Positions 56,301 through 64,000 of a stretch of 64,000 bases of DNA are shown here, piece after piece. Location of the stretch: positions 15,254,001 through 15,318,000 of the forward strand of contig OZ076409.1 in NCBI GenBank assembly GCA_964187785.1, given 5' to 3'. Numbering within the stretch: position 1 is the stretch's first letter; each line of letters opens with the position of its first letter. Below the pieces are notes generated by a model. The model had not been told where the DNA came from and searched no databases. It saw only the letters and a list, made by a program, of their open reading frames with translations. Origin of the DNA: Amphiscolops sp. MND2022 (lineage: Eukaryota). Both the position numbers and the translations under genes were made by a program.

Positions 56301-58070
56301 CTCTCATAACAATCGCTTGAGTTCGAAACCCTCAATCAACTTTTCTTTTTCGGAGTATGCCATCGTGATTCTGGAACATTGCCTGCAACGGTAAACCACG
56401 TTTTTTGACAAAGTCGATAAAGTCCACGAAATCAACTGCAGACATAATTCAGTCAACATTCCTTAGAAGGCAGAAACATTTCCAAAATTCGTAGTAGTTT
56501 GATTTTTTTCCAATGCCGTTATACATTCGTTTTCATTAAATAGGATCTTGATTCATTTGCAACAGTGTCACCAAAGTTAAACCACATTTTGTGGCGAAAT
56601 GAAATGATGTCATAACTTGGTGCGTATTCAATGGACCATGAGCGCAACCATCACAACGTCTGAATCAGCTGAAGTGTGACGATAAAGCCATTATTACAGA
56701 ACAAGCGTTCAAAGTGCCAGGTAGCACAGTAGTGAAATTGCTGCAGCAGAATTGAACTCTGAAGTGTGGTGTGATATTGAAGTGTTCAGCATATGAGCCA
56801 TAAATGATCGATTCCAAGTACCTCGCATTGTTTCATGCTACTTTTTGTTACTTGGATGAAGTTTCAGAATTGGGCGCCAGCCCGACGGCTGGCTTTGCTA
56901 CCACTCAGGCCTTTGAAAACTGGTTAAGGCCCAAAGATCCTGAGGGTCAAACTTGGTTATCCTCTTCTGTCGATTCCGCTTCTTTGGGGAGGCGCTTCTT
57001 GGGGAGAGGAATAGTCCAACACGGCTATAATACGTTGACTGCGCTTTCGTCTTGCTCTCTTTCGGACTCAAGGATCCTCAAGGGTGTCGGTTATTGGTTC
57101 GAGCGGAATCAATTTCATAGCTAGCAAATTATGTTTCTGAAGTTTTCAACGCGAGACTTAATTCATCCCCTCTGACTTTTCTGGGGCAGCTTCGAGTGAT
57201 TGGTTATACTCAAACATGTGTAGAGTCAAAAAAACTATATCCGAATAGATTTTTGTAATGAAGTGAATTCTTATATATCTGCGTACGTAAAGTCTGTGCT
57301 TATGTAAAGTCGGAAACAATAGACATACGGGCGATGCAAATTCGTTATGGCACAGGCGTTAACCACTATCACGGAGCTTGAATAAACAACCGATAGCGTA
57401 GAGGTGACGTATCAGGCTCTGCTTCCAATGTTTTCAGTTCGATCCCCTCTATCGATCCTTTTCTTTCAAATATTGCCAGCGTGAACATCTTTTCAAAAGC
57501 ACTGTTTTATTCTTTCTCTTAGTGGTTCGCTCACAACCACTCTTTTGCAAGATATTGTGGATTAGAGGTTACATTGGTGGACAGGTTCGTTAGAGTGTTG
57601 TTCTGGTAGCTTTGGGCTCGATCCTCGTGGTGGACTTGGATCCGGACTTGAGTTGATTGTTTGGTTTTCCTTCCATCCAACTTAGTTGATTAATTCGGCA
57701 TAGACCATCAAAGGCAAAAGTTGTTGAAATATTTAATACCAAAAATTCCTTTGGACTTTGGCCTTTCCTTTTCTGGATTGCTCAAACGTCAAGACTGAAA
57801 ATGCGTTTAGAAACCAAAATCCGTGTGTTTTCGAAAAAGAAGCGTCCACTATCACGGAGTTTGAATCAACAACCGATAGCGTAGAGGTTGCGTATCAGAC
57901 TCTCATTCCAATGTCATGAGTTCGAACCCCACTGTCAACATTGTTTTCCAAAGTTCTACTTCTGATTTTCTAATGCTAAGTTCACTATCACATAGCTGCA
58001 ATCAACTGCGGATGATGCAGAGGTTGTGTACTAGGCTCGCATAATAATCGCCTGAGTTCGAAACCCTTAG
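53335..58070 (+). repeat. Array of degenerate tRNA-like (A-box/B-box) cassettes inside the Helitron
   Basis: More than 15 units, e.g. 53575, 53820, 54103, 54260, 54545, 54765, 54928, 55200, 55495, 55630, 56278, 57393, 57555, 57877, 58013, each TRGCGTAGTGG-like ... GAGTTCGATTCC-like. Confidence 0.8.
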
Positions 58071-58279
58071 TCAACTTTTATTTTGCGAAGAATGCAATCG
58101 TGATTCTGCAACATTGTCACTGAAGTTAAACCATCTTTTTTGAAACAGTCGATGAACCACAAAAATATGACCAACCTAATTAACGGAACAAAGCAGATAA
58201 CATTTATTGGAAGGCAACATAACCTACCTCATGGTTAGGTATGATTTTACCTTTTATAAATTCTCAGGCCGATTTTTCG

Positions 58280-58824
58280 AATGCCGAAGCGCTGATAGAA
58301 CACTGGAAGTAGCGGACCAATGTAGATTTCCCGTGGAATATCTGAACACATTGAATCCATCTGGTCTTCCACCACATATGTTACAGCTGAAACCAGGTTG
58401 TTTGATCATTTTGCTGCGTAATCCTAACCCTATTGTCGGTGTGTGTAATGGGGCGTGGTTGATTCTAATCGCAATAAGCCGACACAGTTACCTCGAAGCT
58501 ACTTTGATTGGTCTAAACCTTTCTGGGTCAGACGTGTTGATACCACGTATCAATTTGACCACAGAACAAGTCTTCGACATGCCAGTAATTTGGGTTAGAA
58601 GACAATTTCCCATACGTCCCGCATTCGCAATGACAATCAACAAAAGTCAGGGTCAAACCTTTGACAAAGTTGGGTTGTACTTGGAAGAACCTGTATTTTC
58701 TCATGGTCAATTGTATGTTGTTTTATCCCGATGTTCATCTGCTGCCAACCTTAAAATATTTTTACCACCCAAAGATGATGGCACTTTTTGGACGAAAAAC
58801 GTAGTTGACAAAAAAAATTTTTGA
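58280..58824 (+). pseudogene. Helitron RepHel PIF1 helicase C-terminal fragment
   Basis: FPVEYLNTLNPSGLPPH, RRQFPIRPAFAMTINKSQGQT, VFSHGQLYVVLSR, TKNVV; no Rep domain or N-terminal helicase motifs. Confidence 0.9.
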
Positions 58825-59799
58825 GTATCAGTCCCTTTTAAATAGCACCCAAGCTAATCACTGGTAGTTTAGGGGAGTAAAATCAAAGGACAAGATTAGA
58901 TGTTTTGACAATCTAACACATGAATTTTGTGTTTTGTGCTCATCTTTTGTTTTGCAATCAACTTTTTTTGTGCTCTAATCAACAGTGGATAGCGTTGTGT
59001 TGTTCTGGTAGCTTTGTGTTCGAGCTCTAAGGTGGACTTCGATCCGCACTTGAGTTGATAGAGTCTTATGACTTCACCCAACTTGGTTGTTTAGTTTGAC
59101 AATTACCATACAAGGCAAAAGTCGTGGAACACTTTGATACCAATAATTTGAATGGATTTTGGGCTTTCCTTTTCTAGATAGCTCAAACGTCAAGACTCTA
59201 AATGCGTTTAGAAACCGAAAACCGGGTGTTTTCGGGAAAGAGATGTTCACAATCACGGATAACAGTTTGGAGTATAATCATCCACTTTTTGATACCTCAT
59301 ATCCATTAAACCTCTTTAATTAGTCGCCGTAGTCGGCAGCGGGTTTGCTAGTTAGGCTAAGAGAAAAGAGTCAATTTTTTGGAGGGCGAGACTCCTATCT
59401 GCGGTACTGAAGCCAACAACTTGTTTTGAGGGGAAATTATCATAAAAAGACAACGTTTCAAGTTTCTGACATCTGAGGAAACCAAAATATTTTAGAAAAT
59501 CTGTGCAAAAGCAAAATTTTGACTCCATTACGAAAATGTATGCTGAAAAGCATAAATTAGTAAGCTTAAAAATGAAATTTCATGTACTATCAAAAGTCGA
59601 CTAAGGAGTCTGAAAAACACGTTTTAGGGGTAATTTTGGGCCTTCTTTCCAATGCCGTTGTCCGTTTTTTTTGCTATATGTTCATTTTGACTCCTTTTGC
59701 AAAACTGCCACCGAAGTTAGAACACATTTTGTGAAAAGTGTAAAATGACATAAATCAATGAAAATTCAATTGATGGCGGCAAAAATTTCAGCATTGTCG

Positions 59800-60654
59800 T
59801 GTAACTAGGCTCTCATATTATTCGCTTGAGTTCGAAATTCCTAGTCAACTTTTATTTTGCGAAGAATGCAGACGTGATTCTGCAACATTGTCACTGCAGT
59901 TAAACTACGTTTTTGAAACAGCCGAATAACCACAAAATTTTGACAAACCTAATTAACGGTAAAAAGCAGATAACATTTATTGGAAGGCAACTTAACTTAC
60001 CTCATGGCTAGGTATGGTTTTACCTTTTATAAACTTTAAGGCCACTTTTTCGAATGCCGCAGCGCTGATAGAACACTGGAAGTAGCGGACCAAGGTAGAT
60101 TTCCCGTAGAATATCTCAACACATTGAATCCATCTGGTCTTCCACTACAAATGTTACAGCTGGAACTAGGTTGTTTGATCATTTTGCTGCGTAATCTTAA
60201 CCCATCTGTCGGTTTGTGTAACGGGGCGAGGTTGATTCTTAACGCAATAAGCAGACACAGTTACCTCGAAGCTACTTTGATTGGTGCAAACCTTTCTGGG
60301 TCAGACGTGTTTATACCACGTATCGATTTAACCACAGAACAAGACTTCGACATGCCAGTAAATTGGGCTAGAAGGCATTTTCCCATACGTCCCGCATTCG
60401 CAATGACAATCAACAAAAGTCACGGTCAATCTTTTGACAAAGTTGGGTTGTACTTGGAAGCACCTGTATTTTCTCTTAGTCAATTGTATATTGCTTTATC
60501 CCGATGTTCAACTGCTGCCAACCTTAAATTACATTTACCACCCAAAAATGATGGCACTTTCTGGACGGAAAACGTAGTTTACAAAGAAATTTTTTGAGCA
60601 TCAGTCTCTTTTAAAAAGCACCCAAGCTAATCACTGGTAGTTTAGGGTTTAATA
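59800..60654 (+). mobile_element. Second, 5'-truncated Helitron copy with PIF1 fragment (ORF 60124-60597)
   Basis: Duplicates ~58025-58875; ends with hairpin ACCCAAGCTA/TAGTTTAGGGT and ATAG, followed by TTAGGCT (SL nt 7-1). Confidence 0.78.
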
Positions 60655-60661
60655 GTTAGGC

Positions 60662-61220
60662 TAAGAGCAAAGAGTCAATTTTTTGTAGCGCGAGACTCCT
60701 ATCTGCGGTACTGACTTACCATTACCAGCCAACAACTTGTTTTGAGGGGAAATTCTCATAAAAAGACAACGTTTCGAGTTTCTGACATCTGATGAAACCA
60801 AAGTATTTTACAAAAACTGTGCAAAAGCAAAATTTTGACTCTATTACGAAAATGTATGCTGAAAAGCATAAATTGGTATGCTTAAAAATGAAATTTCATG
60901 TATTATCAAAAGTCGACTCAGGAGTCTGAACAACACGTTTTAGGGGTAATTTTGGGCCCTCTTTCCAGTGCCGTTGTCCGTATTTTGCTATCTGTTCATT
61001 TTGACTCCTTTTGCAAAACTGTCACCGAAGTTAAACCACATTTTGTGAAAAGTGTAAAAACGACATAACTCATTGAAAATTCATTTGATGGCGGCAAAAA
61101 TTTCAGCATGGGGGTTTTTTGGACGCTCTTACCAATGGCGTTGTCCGTTTTTTGCTATCTTTTCAATTTCACACAATTTGCAAAACTGTCACCAAAGTTA
61201 AACCACATTTCTGACAAAAA
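60662..61220 (-). repeat. Intergenic spacer of the SL/5S unit (copies at 59359-59795 partial, and 63205-63763)
   Basis: ~560-bp near-identical repeats with an internal ~170-bp subrepeat. Confidence 0.88.
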
Positions 61221-61339
61221 AGGCTACAACACCTGGTGTTCCCAAGCGGTCTCCCATCCAAGTACTAACCAGTCCCTATGTTGTTTATTTTCGGTGATCG
61301 GACAAGACCCGGTGCGTTCAACATGGTATGGTCGTAGCC
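61221..61339 (-). rRNA. 5S rRNA
   Basis: 119 nt with oligo-T terminator; a few substitutions. Confidence 0.95.
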
Positions 61340-61444
61340 GATCGTTGTAGAATCAGGTAGCTTTATATGCTTAACAACAAAATTACGTACAATGATACAA
61401 AAATTTTCTCGATCAAAATACGCGTAACTTTTAATTTAGTGCAG

Positions 61445-61567
61445 ACTAGCTTGTTCCTCGTTCGAAAATTGAGATTTAGACCACTTTTGCAGTCAGCTTT
61501 CAAATGAAACCTATCAATAGGGTTGGAATACTTACCTATTTAATAAGTTTATCATAATATTTAGGCT
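61445..61567 (-). ncRNA. Putative SL RNA gene copy (mutated)
   Basis: 32-nt exon 61567-61536, GTAAGT 61535-61530, Sm-like AATTTTCGA 61470-61462. The 3' end is approximate. Confidence 0.75.
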
Positions 61568-63186
61568 TTTGAAGACTATATTGAATGCTGAGGATATACA
61601 AGTACAAAGTAATGAAGTCTAAAGTATAGGTATAAATATCTGAGTATATGAGTAATTGAGGTATGTAAATGAATATGCTTGGTTACTTAATATCAGCGCC
61701 AAAATATTTGAGAGTAAATATAAAAAGCGCCAAATTTGAAATGAAGTTGGTATAATGTAGTTTGGAGAATGTATGAGAAGAGGTTGTTTGCTCCTGGAAG
61801 GAGTTTGTTTTGAAATTCAGTTTTTTTTGCACACAGTACTAGTAGTGTTTGAAAAGAATCGGGAATTGGGTTGGTTGGTGATGGGCATGTAAAGAAATAG
61901 GAATTCGAAAGTTCAGTCGAACAATGTCTGAATTTTTTCAGTTTTTGTTTTCATTGTATAAGTTTTCAATTGCTGTGAAAACTTGCACTTTTCTATTCTC
62001 CAATTTGATAGTGTAAACGTGGTGGTTTGTAGCGTCATAGAAAGGACCAAACTTTCGGATCATTGTGTAAAATTCAAAGTGAGAATATAAAACTGTGTTA
62101 GAGTCAGAATGTTTCCAGTTTGATTCAGATAAAAGATCTTCAATTTTTGTTTTCTTCAGTGGTTGCCCTAGTGAAAACGTCCCTTGAATTTTCTTTTCCT
62201 TGTCCAGTAAATTGATGTAACCAGACGTTTGCTGGGTTTTGATCATGTTCTTTTATAGCAGGTAATTCGTTGAAAATTGTTTCTGGTGCCAAAATTTTGT
62301 TTAGTTTCTTTTCCAAGAAAAAAGGCTATTCATGCTTTGCAGTTGACTGTTGATCAGTTGTTTGACTTTGGGAAATTTCTGCTGAGAATGTCCATTCAGT
62401 TGAGCGATGCATTAGTTCAGGTTTTTGCATAGGAAGTGTATCTTTTTTTTGAGTTGTCAATCCATGGTTCTTCAGTTTCTTCTACGTTGTTATTGCATTC
62501 CATTTCAGCACCATCATCGGCCTGCTTTGGCTTCTTTGAAATTGGTTCAGCATCATTTAAATATGACAATTCAGGTTCATTAGATATTGGCTCTGTTTCT
62601 GAAGGTTCCATAACGTAGTCTGTTGTTAACTTCTGGTTCTGAGATTTACTGTTTTTCCGTATCTGTTGTTCGTCTGGTAGTTGTTTTGGGCATCTTGATT
62701 GTTGATGAGCACTTGGAAGGTTCTCTCTGGCACATAAAAGGCAATCGATGAGTGGGAGACAGCAGCATTTGAAAACAATGCGACTGGATGTAAACGTTTT
62801 GTCATATGCATTATTAGCCCTGTTGCCTTATTACCTTTGTTGCGTAAAATTGTAGTTTTGAAAATGGTAATTTCATTGAAATTTAGTCGTTTTTTGACCG
62901 TAATAACAGCTTCCACAAACATTGAATCCAGTAATTTGATGTTTTTGAACATGTCAGATGTCAGGGGTAAAGCAAAGTTGGCAATAATTGGTTATTTGTC
63001 CATATTTGAGTTCGATTTCGATAAGCAAACAACTGCATTTTTGTAACAATTTTGTTCAACGCTTTCATTATGATGTTGATCGAGCTCATTCGTGTTCAAA
63101 TTAGTCATTACTTTTGCCACTTTTGTTGCAAAATTTGCAAGATGGCGCTGTGCAAACAAAGTTTGCAGGGTAACAGAATAACGCCG
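61568..63186 (-). mobile_element. ORF1-only (HAL1-like) non-LTR element inserted in the SL exon
   Basis: 18-bp direct repeats of SL nt 1-18 at 63187-63204 and 61550-61567; gag-type knuckle CLLCARENLPSAHQQSRC (~62743-62690); 5' end GGCGTTATTCTGT resembles GGCGCTATGCTGT of the 39973 element; no RT motif seen. Confidence 0.68.
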
Positions 63187-63237
63187 TATCACAACAATTA
63201 GGCTAAAAGCAAAGAGTCAATTTTTTGGAGCGCGAGA

Positions 63238-63257
63238 CTCCTATCTGCGGTACTGAC
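63238..63257 (-). promoter_or_regulatory. Candidate snRNA-type proximal sequence element upstream of the SL start
   Basis: TCAGTACCGCAGATAGGAG conserved ~35-53 nt upstream of SL nt 1 in three spacer copies; the position fits a PSE but function is inferred only. Confidence 0.3.
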
Positions 63258-63763
63258 TAACCATTACCAGCCAACAACTTGTTTTGAGGAGAAATTCTCA
63301 TGAAAAGACGACGTTTCAAGTTATTGACATCTGATGAAACAAAAATATTCCAGAAAAATTGTGAGAAAGCAAAATTTTGACTCTATTACGAAAATGTATG
63401 CTGAAAAGCATAAATTAGTAAGCTTAAAAATGAAATTCCATGTATTATCAAAAGTCGACTCAGGAGTGTGAAAAACACGTTTTAGGGGTAATTTTGGGCC
63501 CTCTTTCCAATGCCGTTGTCCGTTTTTTGCTATCTGTTCATTTTGACCCCTTTTGCAAAACTGTCACCGAAGTTAAACCACATTTTGTGAAAATAGTAAA
63601 AATGACATAACTCAATGAAAATTCAAGTGATGGCGGCGAAAATTTCAGCATGGGGGTTTTTTTGGACGCTCTTTCCAATGCCGTTGTCCGTTTTTTGCTA
63701 TATGTTCATTTTGACCCCTTTTGCAAAACTGTCACCGAAGTTAAACCACATTTCTGACAAAAA

Positions 63764-63882
63764 AGGCTACAACACCTGGTGTTCCCAAGCGGTCTCCCAT
63801 CCAAGTACTAACCAGGCCCTATGTTGTTTAACTTCGGTGATCGGACAAGACCCGGTGCGTTCAACATGGTATGGTCGTAGCC
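63764..63882 (-). rRNA. 5S rRNA (best-conserved copy)
   Basis: GGCTACGACCATACC...GGTTAGTACTTGGATGGGAGACCGCTTGGGAACACCAGGTGTTGTAGCCT followed by a T-run; the upstream flank runs into the next SL copy at the window end. Confidence 0.97.
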
Positions 63883-64000
63883 GATCGTTGTAGAATCAGG
63901 TAGCTTTATATGCTTAACAACAAAATTACGTACAATGATACAAAAATTTTCTCGATCAAAACACGCGTAACTTTTAATTTAGTGCAGACTAGCTTGTTCC

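Larger units (their letters stand above)
53167..59351 (+). mobile_element. Non-autonomous Helitron inserted in the SL exon
   Basis: Starts TC after A; ends with hairpin (CCGTAGTC/GGCAGCGG) and CTAG before T; no TSD; the flanks rejoin as CAACAA|TTAGGCT, the intact site seen at 63192-63204; carries a PIF1 helicase C-terminus. Confidence 0.82.

Noticed and set aside
53335..58070. Functional tRNA gene cluster or CRISPR array
   Set aside because: Acceptor and anticodon stems pair poorly, and the intervening sequences are themselves repeated; the context is eukaryotic with no cas genes.
58207..60597. Host PIF1 helicase genes
   Set aside because: Only intronless C-terminal fragments, duplicated and bounded by Helitron termini.
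61108..61350. 80-92 aa ORFs (also 63615-63893 and 38889-39071)
   Set aside because: Antisense translations of 5S rRNA plus spacer.
61528..61537. ATACTTACCT read as a U1 snRNA 5' end (also at 53134)
   Set aside because: No U1 stem-loops follow; it is the reverse complement of the AG|GTAAGTAT donor of the SL gene on the other strand.
63219..63241. Sm-like AATTTTTTGGA plus small hairpin on the plus strand of the spacer
   Set aside because: No snRNA body upstream on that strand; it lies in the presumptive SL promoter region and differs between copies.

Overview
Eukaryotic (metazoan-type, AT-rich, intron-containing) genomic DNA made mostly of decayed transposons, with one host gene and the disrupted edge of a small-RNA gene array. 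The left half (1-31 kb) holds the end of a degenerate Polinton/Maverick (pPolB), a degenerate Ty3/Gypsy element with both LTRs, Helentron-type non-autonomous repeats, a probable solo LTR and a CRE-like LINE fragment. About 27.6-36.2 kb is a spliced PDZ-PH-PH gene (PDZPH1-like); its last six exons join in frame at GT-AG junctions. The main finding is at 36.9-64 kb: a ~0.9 kb tandem unit of a putative spliced-leader (SL) RNA gene (32-nt exon AGCCTAATTGTTGTGATAAACTTATTAAATAG, then GTAAGT, stem-loops and Sm site AATTTTTGA), a 5S rRNA gene and a spacer. Several elements have inserted at fixed positions in this unit. L1/Tx1-like non-LTR elements have 3' ends at SL nt 1 (one RT-bearing remnant, plus two ORF1-only elements with 18-bp duplications of the SL exon start). 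A Helitron carrying an array of tRNA-like cassettes sits at SL nt 7/8, with that 3' junction seen twice. A full-length BEL/Pao element sits inside a 5S gene. All calls come from manual reading; no searches were run and the species is not established.
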